A stretch of 64,000 nucleotides of DNA from Candidatus Bathyarchaeota archaeon (GCA_963769425.1 CAVYLP010000006.1:928001-992000), one strand, 5' to 3'. Numbered from the stretch's first letter, positions 47,143 to 57,920 are shown. Numbers and translations: made by a program. Notes: a model not told the origin generated them from the sequence alone.

Positions 47143-48051
47143 ATGGCATACTCCAAGAACACCGATGCGGGACTCATCGTGCCAAAGAAATGGTATGAGT
47201 CCCTCCCGCGCGCGAGCTGGAGCCGCTTCGAGAAGGTTGAGACCAGCCAACCCTGGTTCAGTGTCTACGAGACCACCCCCGAGACCTACGCTCTCTACGA
47301 GGACGGCCAGTTCGAGGAGGTCATCAGCTACCTCGTCATAGGAGAGGACACCGCCGCCCTCATCGACACGGGCAACGGCATCGGTGACATTAAGTCGCTC
47401 GTCGAGGAGCTCACCGACCTACCCATCATTGTTGTGAACACACACGCACACCTTGACCACACCGGAGGCAACTCCACCTTCGATGAGATCGCGCTCTACG
47501 ACCACCCCTGGGCGCGAGCGAGGACGAAAGGCAGGCCACACGAGGGCATCGACGTCGGCAACTACATCAGCGAGGGCATGGTCTGGAAGCCCCTCCCCAG
47601 GAACGTAGACCCCGCAACGTGGCACACCGACCCATTCACCGTCACGAAGTGGATGAAGGAGGGTGACAAGATCGACCTCGGCGGGAAGGAACTTGAGGTG
47701 ATACACACCCCAGGCCACACCCCCGACAGCGTCTGCCTCCTAGAGAGCCGCGAGCGCCTACTCTTCACAGGCGACATATTCTACCCCGCCCCCATCTACA
47801 TCTACTCCCCCGACTCCGACATCAACGAGTTCATCAGCAGCTTCCGCAAGATGGTCAAGGCCGACTACGACTATGCCATGCCCGCACATAACGAGACGAT
47901 GGTTGATAAGAAGGTAGTAGAGGACGTCCTGAACGCCATCGAGGCGATAAAGGCTGGGAAGGCGGGCTCCTACAAGACGGGCGTCGCCAACGGCATCAAG
48001 GTGCGCAGGTACGACTACCCCAGATTCGCCCTCATCGTCCGCGATGAATAG
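47143..48051 (+). CDS. MBL-fold hydrolase (tandem paralog)
   Basis: THAHLDHTGG; shares IVPK.W.ESLPR and TSQPWF with the upstream gene. Confidence 0.92.
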   Translation: MAYSKNTDAGLIVPKKWYESLPRASWSRFEKVETSQPWFSVYETTPETYALYEDGQFEEVISYLVIGEDTAALIDTGNGIGDIKSLVEELTDLPIIVVNTHAHLDHTGGNSTFDEIALYDHPWARARTKGRPHEGIDVGNYISEGMVWKPLPRNVDPATWHTDPFTVTKWMKEGDKIDLGGKELEVIHTPGHTPDSVCLLESRERLLFTGDIFYPAPIYIYSPDSDINEFISSFRKMVKADYDYAMPAHNETMVDKKVVEDVLNAIEAIKAGKAGSYKTGVANGIKVRRYDYPRFALIVRDE

Positions 48052-48087
48052 CCACCATCTTTTAAACATCTACGCCAACTCTCAACC

Positions 48088-48720
48088 GTGGCCCAAGAGA
48101 GCATACACGTCGTCCCGCACAAGGTCGCGGGACTCATCCCGTTGGTCAACTCCTTCATAGCCGAGGGGGAGGACCTCGTCCTCATCGATACGGGCCTGAA
48201 CGATGGCTCGGGGCGGAGCATCGTCAAGAGACTCGAAGCCCTCAACCACAAGCTGTCCGACGTGGACCTCTGCATCATCACACACGCCCACCGGGACCAC
48301 GTCGGCGGCCTAAGGGCACTCAAGGAGACTCGGTCACCCTTCCTTGTCGCCGCCCACGAATCGGAGGCCGACGACGTCGAGAAGGCGACGGGCATAGAGG
48401 TCGACCTCCGCCTCATCGACGGCCAGTCCGTCGGCGGATTCACTGTCATCTACGTGCCCGGCCACACCCTCGGGAGCATCGCACTACTCCGCGGGGACAC
48501 CCTGATAACAGGGGACGCCCTCAACGGCGGGGGCACCGAGCTCAAGGGCCCCAACCCCATGTTCTCCAAAGACCGCGAACTCGCCGAGGCGAGCGCCCGA
48601 AGCCTCGCCAGCTTCGACTTCGACAGGGTCCTTGTCGGCCACGGCAGCGGGGTCGAGAAGGGGGGCAAGGAGGCGCTCCTCAGGCTCATTGAGCGCATGG
48701 GCGAGCCAGGCTCCACCTAG
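48088..48720 (+). CDS. MBL-fold hydrolase (short)
   Basis: THAHRDHVGG, PGHT, TGDA and VGHG. Confidence 0.9.
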   Translation: MAQESIHVVPHKVAGLIPLVNSFIAEGEDLVLIDTGLNDGSGRSIVKRLEALNHKLSDVDLCIITHAHRDHVGGLRALKETRSPFLVAAHESEADDVEKATGIEVDLRLIDGQSVGGFTVIYVPGHTLGSIALLRGDTLITGDALNGGGTELKGPNPMFSKDRELAEASARSLASFDFDRVLVGHGSGVEKGGKEALLRLIERMGEPGST

Positions 48721-48764
48721 CCGAGATAATTTCAATAATCCACAGGGAGGGCTTCTAGACCACA

Positions 48765-49931
48765 TTGGCGGACCCGAGGGGCAGGCTACTGAACCTACTC
48801 ATGGTGGTCCAGATGGCCGGAAGCTTCAGGATGGGGATAGTCGCCCCCATCCTCGCCCTCCTGATACGGAGGCACGGCGTCTCAATCATAGAGATAGGGG
48901 TCCTCGGCGTCGCCGGGATGCTCGGATGGCTCATATTCGAGCCCCTCTCCGGCGTCATCTCCGACAGGGTCAACAGGCGCTTCATGATCGCCTTCTCCAT
49001 TGTCTCCACCTCCATAATCTACCTCCTATACCCCTTCGCGACCGAGTTCAGCCATTTCCTCATACTCGCCTTCGCCCTCTCAAGCTTCTCCTCCGCCTCA
49101 AGCGTTCCCACCCGGGCCCTCCTCTCCGAGCTTCTGCCCAACACTGGTCGCGGGCACACCTACGGGAGGTACATGGCCATCGTAAGCGGCAGCTCTGTAA
49201 TCGCCCCCTTCGTCGGTGGCTACGTCTCGGACGCGATCGGCTACTCCCTCCCCTTCTACGCTGCCGGCGGAGTGGGTGTTGTATCCCTCATAGCCATCAT
49301 ACTCATGGGGAGACTCCCCGAGGCCGAGAAGAAGGAGAAGCCCAAGACGAGCCTCAGTGACGTCCTAAATGGCAACCTCGTCAGCATATACCTGGTTAGG
49401 GGCCTCTACTTCTTCAACTCCCCCTTTAGGAGCAACTTCCTCCCCATACTCCTGAATGAGAGCACGAGCCTCAGGGCCACCGAGACCGAGATCGGGACGT
49501 ATATGACCATCGTCAGCTTCACTGCCGCGGTCTCGCAGGCGTTCCTCGGCGACCTCATCGACCGCGTGGGCAGCGGGAAGATAGTCGCCGCCGTCTGCGG
49601 CCTGCTCGCCCTCAGCTACCTCGGGATGCTCGCGGCGAGCTGGATACCTGTGCTCTTCGCCATCGGCGCCCTCCAGGGCGTCCTACAGGCAGGGGCGGAC
49701 ACAAGCATGATGATGCACTTAATTGGCCTGCAGAGCAATGGGAAGACCGGCGTGGTGATGGGGCTGTACTCCGAGTCTGAGGACATCGGTGGCATCGTCG
49801 CGAACCCCGCCCTCGGCTACGTCTACACGGGCTTCGGGCCCCTCTCCTCGCTAATCCTCGTATCCGGCGTGCTCCTCCTCGCCGCCGGCATCTCCGTTAC
49901 GAGACTCAGGACCACTCAGACACCGTCTTAA
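48765..49931 (+). CDS. MFS transporter
   Basis: About 12 TMs; GVISDRVNRR and GDLIDRVG motif-A copies. Confidence 0.92.
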   Translation: MADPRGRLLNLLMVVQMAGSFRMGIVAPILALLIRRHGVSIIEIGVLGVAGMLGWLIFEPLSGVISDRVNRRFMIAFSIVSTSIIYLLYPFATEFSHFLILAFALSSFSSASSVPTRALLSELLPNTGRGHTYGRYMAIVSGSSVIAPFVGGYVSDAIGYSLPFYAAGGVGVVSLIAIILMGRLPEAEKKEKPKTSLSDVLNGNLVSIYLVRGLYFFNSPFRSNFLPILLNESTSLRATETEIGTYMTIVSFTAAVSQAFLGDLIDRVGSGKIVAAVCGLLALSYLGMLAASWIPVLFAIGALQGVLQAGADTSMMMHLIGLQSNGKTGVVMGLYSESEDIGGIVANPALGYVYTGFGPLSSLILVSGVLLLAAGISVTRLRTTQTPS

Positions 49932-49956
49932 ATCCCCGGCAGCACCCCTACGATCC

Positions 49957-50889
49957 ATGCTAAAGCAGGTCATAGACGCCATGGAGCTCCTCGACTCCGC
50001 CAAGGTGACGGGGAGGGACGTCGAAGTCCTCCTCAGAGCGAGAGGGCTCGAGGACATAATCGTCAAGACCCTCCGCGGAGAGAGGGGGAAGACCGACTTC
50101 ATCATGGTAAGGATTCCGGGCGCCCGTGGGAAATCCGTTAAGGGGGACGCGCCGACCCTCGGAGTTCTGGGCCGCCTCGGCGGCGTGGGTGCGAGGCCCG
50201 AGATGATTGGCCTCGTATCCGACGCGGACGGCGCTATCACGGCGGTCGCCACTGCGCTGAAGCTCGCCGACATGAGGGCAAAGGGCGATGCGCTCCCCGG
50301 GGACGTCGTAATCGGGACGCACATCTGCCCGGACGCCCCCACCCTCCCCCACAAACCCGTCCCATTCATGGGCTCCCCCGTAGCCTTCGCCGACATCGGT
50401 CGCGAGGAGGTAGCCCCGGATATGGACGCTATACTCAGCGTCGACACCACGAAGGGCAACAGGATAGCCAAGTGGAGGGGCTTCGCCATAACCCCAACTG
50501 CTAAGGAGGGCTGGCTTCTCAAGGTCAGCGACGACCTACTCACTATCATGGAGATAGTCACCGGGAGGACTGCTCGCGTCTGCCCTCTCACCACCCAGGA
50601 CATAACTCCCTACGGCAACGGAATCGACCACATCAACAGCATAATGCAGCCGTGCACCGCCACAGACAAGCCCGTCGTCGGCGTCGCCATAACTACCGAG
50701 TCGACCGTCCCCGGCTCCGCCACCGGAGCAAGCCACCCGGAGGACATCGAGGAGGCGACCCGCTTCTGCGTCGAGGTCGCAAAGGCATACGGCAAGGGCC
50801 TATGCAGCTTCTACAACGCCGAGGAGTGGCGGCTCATTGAGAAGAAGTATGGCCCACTCAAGCTCCTCCAGACACCCGGCCGCGCCTAG
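49957..50889 (+). CDS. DUF1177 family protein
   Basis: GRLGGVGARP, GLVSDADGA, SVDTTKGNR and HINSIMQP. Confidence 0.85.
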   Translation: MLKQVIDAMELLDSAKVTGRDVEVLLRARGLEDIIVKTLRGERGKTDFIMVRIPGARGKSVKGDAPTLGVLGRLGGVGARPEMIGLVSDADGAITAVATALKLADMRAKGDALPGDVVIGTHICPDAPTLPHKPVPFMGSPVAFADIGREEVAPDMDAILSVDTTKGNRIAKWRGFAITPTAKEGWLLKVSDDLLTIMEIVTGRTARVCPLTTQDITPYGNGIDHINSIMQPCTATDKPVVGVAITTESTVPGSATGASHPEDIEEATRFCVEVAKAYGKGLCSFYNAEEWRLIEKKYGPLKLLQTPGRA

Positions 50890-50937
50890 CTCCCAGCGCC
50901 CTTTTAAACAACGCAACCCAAAACCTAACCGAAGAAC

Positions 50938-51402
50938 ATGTTGTTCAAAAAGATACTCGTCGCCTACGATGGCTCCGAGCAGGCGAAGCGCGCCATCGAC
51001 TACGCTGCCGACATGGCGAACACCTGCGGGGGGGCGCTCGTCGTCCTCACCGTCGTCCCGAGGGTTACACTGCCCGTCTTCCCCGAGGAGGGATACGGCG
51101 TCGCTCCCCTCACCACCGCCCAAGATTTCGGGGACTACCAAGACAAGATGCGCGCCATGTACCAGATGAGCCAAAAAGAGGTGATGAAGGACATAGCTGA
51201 GCACTTCCCCAAGCTCCAAGCTGAGGCAATACTCCTAGAGGGCAGGCCAAGCGCCACTATCGTTGAGCAAGCGGAGAAGAACGGCATCGACCTAATAGTC
51301 ATGGGAAGCCGCGGCATCGGGGGCATAAGTGGCTGGATACTAGGCTCCACCAGCAGGCGCGTCGTCGAGTCCTGCACCAAGCCCGTTCTCGTCATCAAGT
51401 AG
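50938..51402 (+). CDS. Universal stress protein
   Basis: ILVAYDGS and DLIVMGSRG..LGSTS. Confidence 0.95.
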   Translation: MLFKKILVAYDGSEQAKRAIDYAADMANTCGGALVVLTVVPRVTLPVFPEEGYGVAPLTTAQDFGDYQDKMRAMYQMSQKEVMKDIAEHFPKLQAEAILLEGRPSATIVEQAEKNGIDLIVMGSRGIGGISGWILGSTSRRVVESCTKPVLVIK

Positions 51403-51451
51403 TGGGGGCAACCCTTTTTCGCCACCGGCGTCAAAGAATAGCCGACCCCGA

Positions 51452-52342
51452 ATGGAGGCGCAGGAGGAGTACATAAAGGCCGGCAAGATCGCCGCGAAGG
51501 TCCGAGAGCAGATACGCGGCGAGGTAAAACCCGGCATCAAGGCCATCGACATCTGCGAGCGCGTCGAGAACCTCACGAGGCAGCTCGGCGGCGGTATCGC
51601 CTTCCCATGTGACGTTAACATAAACCAGGTAGCCGCACATTACTGCTCCCCCCTCGGAGACCAGACCACAATCCAGCAGGGTCAGATGGTAAAGGTAGAC
51701 CTCGGCGTACACGTGGACGGGTATATAGCCGACACCGCCGTCACCATCTGCCTCGACCCAGCCCTCACCCAGATGGTGAAGGCCGCGGAGGAGGCACTCG
51801 CCATCGCAATAAAGACTGTGAAGGCCGGAGCACGCGCCTCCGACATCGGCGCCACGATAGAGCACACCATCAAGAACCGCGGCTTCCGACCAATCAAGAA
51901 CCTCACTGGCCACAAGATGTCGCGATACATAGTACACGCGGGGAGGAGCATCCCCAACGTCGCCGGTTACGAGCTCCATCGGCTCGAGGAGGACGAGATC
52001 TACGCAATAGAACCCTTTACTGTCCTCAACAATGCCGTCGGCGAGGTAAGAGATGGCCCCCCCAGCAACATCTACCGGTGGGAGAGGAAGAAGAACCTAG
52101 AGGGCGTCCCCAAGCAGATGCTCGCCTTCATACAGCAGGAGTACAGGACCCTCCCCTTCGCGAGCAGGTGGGTATTTAAGAAGTTTCCCGGCCCCGAGGG
52201 CGTGAGCGCCTTCTCGGACCTGCTCAGCAGCCGATGTATAATGGGCTACCCACAGCTGCTCGAGAAAACGGGCGGCCCGGTCGCCCAGGCCGAACACACG
52301 GTCATAGTACAGAAAGATGGTTGCCTGGTCACAACCAGCTAG
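51452..52342 (+). CDS. map: Type II methionine aminopeptidase
   Basis: AFP, AAHY, KVDLGVHVDGYIADTA, NLTGH, AIEPF and QAEHT. Confidence 0.97.
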   Translation: MEAQEEYIKAGKIAAKVREQIRGEVKPGIKAIDICERVENLTRQLGGGIAFPCDVNINQVAAHYCSPLGDQTTIQQGQMVKVDLGVHVDGYIADTAVTICLDPALTQMVKAAEEALAIAIKTVKAGARASDIGATIEHTIKNRGFRPIKNLTGHKMSRYIVHAGRSIPNVAGYELHRLEEDEIYAIEPFTVLNNAVGEVRDGPPSNIYRWERKKNLEGVPKQMLAFIQQEYRTLPFASRWVFKKFPGPEGVSAFSDLLSSRCIMGYPQLLEKTGGPVAQAEHTVIVQKDGCLVTTS

Positions 52343-52772
52343 ACTCGTCCTTCTTCTTGCCGTCCTCTTCCTTCTTCCGGGCGATCTTCGTGATCATCAT
52401 CATGCCATCGCACCGGGTGCAGGGCTCGTCGTCTTTGAAGACGTAGTCACCCCGCTTGAAGTCGCGGACCCTCTTCTGCTGGCACTTGGGGCACTCGAGG
52501 GTCGTGAAGACCTCGACCTTTTTTATCTCGAGTGGCTCGTTCTTCGCCTGCGTCGGCTTGCCCCTGACAAGCATGTAGCCGATGGCCGCGAAGCCAGCCG
52601 CGCCGATGAACATGTAGATAATGGCTACGTCGGCGTTATCCGGGTAATTGATGAATCCCATGTAGAGGCTGAAGAGGCTGAGCAGACCTACTACGAGGAT
52701 CGCCGCGTAGGCGACCCACGAGACCTGCATCCCAGCTGCTGCCTTAGATCCGTTGCCTGGTTTTTCGCCCAT
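52329..52772 (-). CDS. 2-TM protein with C-terminal zinc ribbon
   Basis: Two TMs; CPKC..RDFKRGDYVFK..CTRC. Confidence 0.8.
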   Translation of the reverse strand: MGEKPGNGSKAAAGMQVSWVAYAAILVVGLLSLFSLYMGFINYPDNADVAIIYMFIGAAGFAAIGYMLVRGKPTQAKNEPLEIKKVEVFTTLECPKCQQKRVRDFKRGDYVFKDDEPCTRCDGMMMITKIARKKEEDGKKKDESSWL

Positions 52773-53893
52773 CACTGACCAACTCCTATGGTATTGCCGA
52801 TTCCAGCAATCACTACGATGTCGCCGGGCTCCGTGTAGTCCATTACTATGCGCTTGACCGACTCGACCGCCTTGTCCGTGGCGTCGAAGAGGGGCTCTAC
52901 GAGAGGCGCCACGACGTGCTCCATCCCCTCCTTGATGGCGATCGCGTGCATGGGGATCTTGTACTTATTCGTAACCTCCTCCATCTTGAACTTCTCCTTA
53001 CCCGAGCCACCTATCGCGGCGCCTATGCCTTCGGAGACCTGCCCGACGGGCTCGCCCTCTAGCTTGCCCGCGGCGTCTATCGTGATGATTATCTTGACCT
53101 TCCCCTTGTGCTCCTCGATGATGTTGATGAGCCCCTCATCGGGGTTCCCGACGCTGCCACCCGGCCCCTTGGCCTTGAAGACGACGAGCGTCCTACCCTC
53201 ATAGGGCACATCAGCAGCCACGATCTCCTCGGCGACGTCCCTCTGCGGATAGCCGTGCATCAGCTTAGCGGCGACGATCGGGCCGACGCCGTCACCGATT
53301 GGCATACCCTGCTCGAAGGCCTGAATACCCGAGCTGTAGGCCTCCACCATCTGAACTAGCTGGGGCAGAATCATGTGGACCTGCATGATGACGTAGATGT
53401 TCATCGTCTTCTTCCCGAGGAGGTAGTAGTGACGAATGATCTTGTAGAAAATATTGAGAGCCTGGCTCACCTCGATAAGGTTCTCCAAGTTGTTCCTCTC
53501 AGTTGGCGTCGCGTTGGGAGCGAGGGCCTTCACTTCAGCCTCGTAGATGTGCTTGTTAGTCTTCAGGAAGTGATCCATCTTGTCGACTATACCCGCGGGG
53601 TCCATACTCTCTAGGCCAATGCTGAAGAAGTCAATGAAGCGGTCAACCCGAGGCGCAATGTCCCCTGTGGGCTTACCGATCTCAACGAGCGTCTTGATGG
53701 TCTGATTCCGCGCCTCCTCCTTGACGATCTTAACCTTCCTCAGGGTGACCTCGATCTGCCTGAGCATCTGGAGGGTCTGAATCCTCTGAGCGTAGAAGAG
53801 GTAGATTATGAAAGCGAAACTGTATACCATCTGCAAAATCGTGTTCAGGTCAGTACCCTGCGTCTGCAGGATCTGACCAAATAGGAGAACCAT
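52772..53893 (-). CDS. DUF1512 family protein
   Basis: N-terminal TM, DPAGIV, KIIRHYY, PIGDGVGP, IDAAGKLEGE and GIGNTIGVGQ. Confidence 0.85.
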   Translation of the reverse strand: MVLLFGQILQTQGTDLNTILQMVYSFAFIIYLFYAQRIQTLQMLRQIEVTLRKVKIVKEEARNQTIKTLVEIGKPTGDIAPRVDRFIDFFSIGLESMDPAGIVDKMDHFLKTNKHIYEAEVKALAPNATPTERNNLENLIEVSQALNIFYKIIRHYYLLGKKTMNIYVIMQVHMILPQLVQMVEAYSSGIQAFEQGMPIGDGVGPIVAAKLMHGYPQRDVAEEIVAADVPYEGRTLVVFKAKGPGGSVGNPDEGLINIIEEHKGKVKIIITIDAAGKLEGEPVGQVSEGIGAAIGGSGKEKFKMEEVTNKYKIPMHAIAIKEGMEHVVAPLVEPLFDATDKAVESVKRIVMDYTEPGDIVVIAGIGNTIGVGQ

Positions 53894-54041
53894 GCCGATC
53901 AGTGCTGTTGAAGACTTGAATAGAGTTATAAACCTTAGTCTAAGGCCGATTTCCCGAGAAAAAACGGGTTATTTCAATCAGGGGTGATTTGGAAGTCATT
54001 CTGCAAAAGTCTTTTAGGCTCCTCGCCGTCGGGTTTGAGAG

Positions 54042-56873
54042 ATGTTCAGCTACGCGTCCAAGAGGATAACCCGCGGGAGGGGGCTGACTGTAGCCCTCTT
54101 CCTAAGCGTGGTGCTAGCCGCGACGCTCTTCTCCGGAATCCTCCAGGGCGCGGACGCCGTCAGCGGCTCAGCCCTCGACAACATGCTGAAGAACACGAAG
54201 TTCGACATAATGGACACAAACATCTACGAGAAGAACACGACGAAGGTCAACATCTTCAACATTGACCCCTACTTCAAGACGCTCGACGGCGTTGACGGTG
54301 TCGACCACTTCGTGCGGCATTCAATCGAGCTTAACTCCACGACGATAAACGGGACTATACCCGTAACCCTGATCTCCTTGCCTCCCTCCGGTGAGATAGC
54401 GAAGGGGGTAACCGCACCTAACGGATTCGAGGACGGCAAGATCTACATAGACCTCGGCTCGATGAACGCGACGAAGTTCACGACGGGCCAGACTATCGAC
54501 ATTGGGATGCTCACATACACCCCTACAAGCGTGTTGGCGGGCTTCAAGCGCCTCTACTTCCCCGTAGAGGTGGGCACACCGATAGCGATGGACGACCAGA
54601 CCTGGTCGATGTTCGTCTCGAACACCGACGGGGTCTCGTATTATAACCAATGGGTCACACTCGCCCTAGGGGGCTACAGCAACTGGGGAGGCAGACCCCA
54701 GTACAACATCGCGATAGTCACCGAGAACACCTACAAGGAGATCATCAACCAACTCTTCGCGATGAGCCCCGTCAGGACACCCACGATAATCCACAGCGTA
54801 GTAGCGATAAGGCTTGACCGCGCGTCCCTCATCAACGAGTGGGACATCGCGGGCTCCGAGGCGCGGGTCCACAACATCGGCGAGCAGATCAACGGCATGG
54901 GAGGCGTCTACCAGTACATGCCGATAAACTACCTTGAGCAGGCCCTCAAGGGAGTCGAGGCGACCGCCGCCAAGACGAAGCTCAACACGATCGTAGTGAC
55001 GATACCTGTCTTCTTCACCGCGTGGTACCTCGGCATGACGGTGTCAGACGTCGCCCTCGCCCTCAGGAGGAAGGAGATAGGGCTGCTGCTGACGCGTGGC
55101 ATGAGCCACCGCCAGATATTCACGACCCTCTTATCTGAGTCTCTGCTCATAGGCGTGGTCTCGGGTGTACTCGGCGTCATCATCGGCGCCGTCGTGATGC
55201 CCCTGGTCGTTAGCCGCGCCACATTCGCGACGCTATTCCGGTTCGTGTCACCCCTCACCCTCGCCGCCACTATAGCGTTTAGCTTGGTGCTGGCAATCCT
55301 GTCCGCCTACAACCCCGCGAGGAAGGCGACGAAGATGGAGATAGTCGATGCGCTAAGGGAGTACCGCGAGGAGGAGGAGGGTCTCGGCGACTGGATGGTG
55401 CCCGCCCTCGCGCTGGGACTCGGCCTCTACAAGCTCGTGATGCTCCTGATGAACGTCAGCATCGATACGTACCAGCCCGCCTCGGGGGAGTTCATCACCT
55501 TCCTACTCTACTCCGTGTGGTACGGGATGGACTCGATACTCGGCTACATCTGGACCATCCTCCTCTTCTGGGGATTCACGAAGCTCTTCCTCATGTACGC
55601 CCCCCAGTTCCAGAACGTGCTTTCAAACCTGGCGTCGAAGATCACGGGGGACGCCGCCAAGTTCACAAGCCTAAGCAGCAAGAGGAGCCTCAAGAGGGCC
55701 GGCTCATATACGTTCATGGTCGCTCTGATCATCAGCTACAGCTTCGTCGTCATCGGTAACGTCGCCATAACGAGCGACTATACGGGGAGAAACGCGGCCG
55801 GGCAGCAGGGTGCGGACGCCGTGGCCCTGGTCTACGTCCCAATAAAGGGGGGACTCTGGGACAAGAGCGCCATCACGAGCCTCGCCCAGCAGATCCGGGC
55901 CGTCCCCGGAGTCGAATCGGCCGCCATCGAGGTTATCTTCAACGCCGACACGAGCGCCGGGACGATACAGGTCAGGGCGATAGAGACCGACCAGTGGAAC
56001 AAGACTGTCTACTCAGAGGATCTATCGATCAACCCTAGCCAATACGCCCAGCTAGCTGCGCCGGGGAGCGTCTTCCGCGACAAATACGGCGTCCTACAGG
56101 GGGCCAACACCCTCATGGACAGAGGAGGGGCGACATTCTTCGGCCTCAAGCCGGATGGGACAGGGTACCTCAACCTAGAGGTCCAGAGACACGTCTACTC
56201 CCTGAAGATCGTCGGCCTATTCGGAAGGGACCTCGGGTCGAACTGGGTCCCCCAGTTCCCCATGGTCTATGTCCCACTGAACTTCACAAACAACTGGGAG
56301 CCCAGTTGGGTGAGCGGCATACGGATACCAATTAAGCTCTCACCGGGCGCAGACACACAGGCGATAGCGACCCAGATACAGGCGCTGAGCCCCAACGTCC
56401 AGAGGGTTGACATAACAAGCCAGATTGTGGCTGAACAACAGGCCTCTCCGCTGCTCGGGGGATCACAGCAGGTCAACCAACTAGGAGTCATCTTCGCGTC
56501 CGCCGTCTCCTCGGTCGGCATGGCCCTGATAGTCTACACACTTCTTAGGAGCAGGTCGAAGGAACTCAACCTGATGTCGATAAGGGGGTACAGCACCCGC
56601 CAGCTTGCCATCAGCCTTACCGTGGAGAACGTGGGGCTGGCAACCCTCGCGACGATACTTGGCATAGGAAGCGGCATAGTCAGCCTGATGGGGGAGGTAC
56701 AGCTACTGAACAAGTACATAACCACGTACACGGCGTGGAGGTTCGTCTTCCCGCTGATGTCACAGCTCCAACTTGCCCTACTGTACCTGATAATCGTCGC
56801 GGCCACAGTGATCCCGATAATACTCGTAGTAAGAAGAATCACGAACGAACCCAACGTAAAGGGTGTGGAATGA
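54042..56873 (+). CDS. FtsX/MacB-like ABC permease
   Basis: Two repeats with RRKEIGLLLTRG and RSKELNLMSIRG; large extracellular domains. Confidence 0.9.
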   Translation: MFSYASKRITRGRGLTVALFLSVVLAATLFSGILQGADAVSGSALDNMLKNTKFDIMDTNIYEKNTTKVNIFNIDPYFKTLDGVDGVDHFVRHSIELNSTTINGTIPVTLISLPPSGEIAKGVTAPNGFEDGKIYIDLGSMNATKFTTGQTIDIGMLTYTPTSVLAGFKRLYFPVEVGTPIAMDDQTWSMFVSNTDGVSYYNQWVTLALGGYSNWGGRPQYNIAIVTENTYKEIINQLFAMSPVRTPTIIHSVVAIRLDRASLINEWDIAGSEARVHNIGEQINGMGGVYQYMPINYLEQALKGVEATAAKTKLNTIVVTIPVFFTAWYLGMTVSDVALALRRKEIGLLLTRGMSHRQIFTTLLSESLLIGVVSGVLGVIIGAVVMPLVVSRATFATLFRFVSPLTLAATIAFSLVLAILSAYNPARKATKMEIVDALREYREEEEGLGDWMVPALALGLGLYKLVMLLMNVSIDTYQPASGEFITFLLYSVWYGMDSILGYIWTILLFWGFTKLFLMYAPQFQNVLSNLASKITGDAAKFTSLSSKRSLKRAGSYTFMVALIISYSFVVIGNVAITSDYTGRNAAGQQGADAVALVYVPIKGGLWDKSAITSLAQQIRAVPGVESAAIEVIFNADTSAGTIQVRAIETDQWNKTVYSEDLSINPSQYAQLAAPGSVFRDKYGVLQGANTLMDRGGATFFGLKPDGTGYLNLEVQRHVYSLKIVGLFGRDLGSNWVPQFPMVYVPLNFTNNWEPSWVSGIRIPIKLSPGADTQAIATQIQALSPNVQRVDITSQIVAEQQASPLLGGSQQVNQLGVIFASAVSSVGMALIVYTLLRSRSKELNLMSIRGYSTRQLAISLTVENVGLATLATILGIGSGIVSLMGEVQLLNKYITTYTAWRFVFPLMSQLQLALLYLIIVAATVIPIILVVRRITNEPNVKGVE

Positions 56874-57766
56874 TGAGCGAATACGCAGTTGAAGCAAGGA
56901 ACCTGATAAAGGTCTACAAGACGGGGGAGCTGGAGGTCCAGGCCCTCAGGGGTCTAAGCGTCACCGTCGCTAAAGGCGAGATGGTCGCCCTCATAGGCCC
57001 ATCCGGCTCGGGGAAGAGCACCTTCCTGAACATCATCGGCGGCCTAGACAGGGCAACGGCGGGGTACATCGGCGTCATGGGAAGCGACCTCACCCAGCTC
57101 AACGCCTCCCAGCTGGTCGAGTTCAGGAGGAAGACCGTCGGCCACGTCTTCCAGAACATGAACCTCATCCCCACACTCACCGCCGCCGAGAACGTGGAGC
57201 TACCCATGGCGGCACTCGGGGTCAAGAAGGACGCACGCCGCAAGCGAGTCGAGGAACTCATAGGAGTCGTCGGCCTCAAGGAGCGGATGGGCCACAAGCC
57301 CGGAGAACTCAGCGGCGGGGAGCAGCAGCGCATAGCTCTAGCCGCGGCCCTCGCAAACGACCCACCGCTCATCCTCGCCGACGAGCCCACGGGAGAACTC
57401 GACACAGAGAACGCCCTCATAGTCGTCAACTATCTCGCCAAGACGAACAGGGAGCTAGGGAAGACCATCATTATGGTCACCCACGACCCCCGAGTCGCCC
57501 GTGCCGCGAGCCGCATACTCAGGATACTGGATGGCGTCATCGCCACAGACGTTGCACCGAGTGAGGAGGCGGCGCCTACACAGACCAACTACACGGACAT
57601 GCTCAAGACCCGTATATCCAGCATCGACTCACAGCTTACTATCCTCGACCAGGAGTTCAGGAAGGGCCTGATCTCCAGCGACCAGTTCGTTGAGAGGCAA
57701 ACCAACCTAAAGAAGACTAGAGACGTCCTCGGCGAGGAACTCCACCGTCTAGGTGTCGTTCACTAA
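56873..57766 (+). CDS. LolD/MacB-type ABC ATPase with C-terminal coiled extension
   Basis: GPSGSGKS, LSGGEQQR, ADEPTGELD and VTHD. Confidence 0.95.
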   Translation: MSEYAVEARNLIKVYKTGELEVQALRGLSVTVAKGEMVALIGPSGSGKSTFLNIIGGLDRATAGYIGVMGSDLTQLNASQLVEFRRKTVGHVFQNMNLIPTLTAAENVELPMAALGVKKDARRKRVEELIGVVGLKERMGHKPGELSGGEQQRIALAAALANDPPLILADEPTGELDTENALIVVNYLAKTNRELGKTIIMVTHDPRVARAASRILRILDGVIATDVAPSEEAAPTQTNYTDMLKTRISSIDSQLTILDQEFRKGLISSDQFVERQTNLKKTRDVLGEELHRLGVVH

Positions 57767-57795
57767 ACTAAAGCCCTTTTTATTAAGAGAAGAGG

Positions 57796-57920
57796 TGGGC
57801 CACCAGCTTCCCCGGCTTCGCGTCGCCGAAGACAACACTACCACCGCGAACGGAGCGTGGTTTAACTTCCGAGTTCGGAATGGGTTCGGGTGGTTCCCAC
57901 GCCCTATGGCCGGTAACCCA
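57796..57920 (-). rRNA. rrf: 5S rRNA (stand-alone)
   Basis: Minus strand reads GGCCATAG..CCCGAACCCATTCCGAACTCGGAAGTTAA; terminal helix TGGGTTACCGGC/GCTGGTGGCCCA; TATA ~25 nt upstream. Confidence 0.95.
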
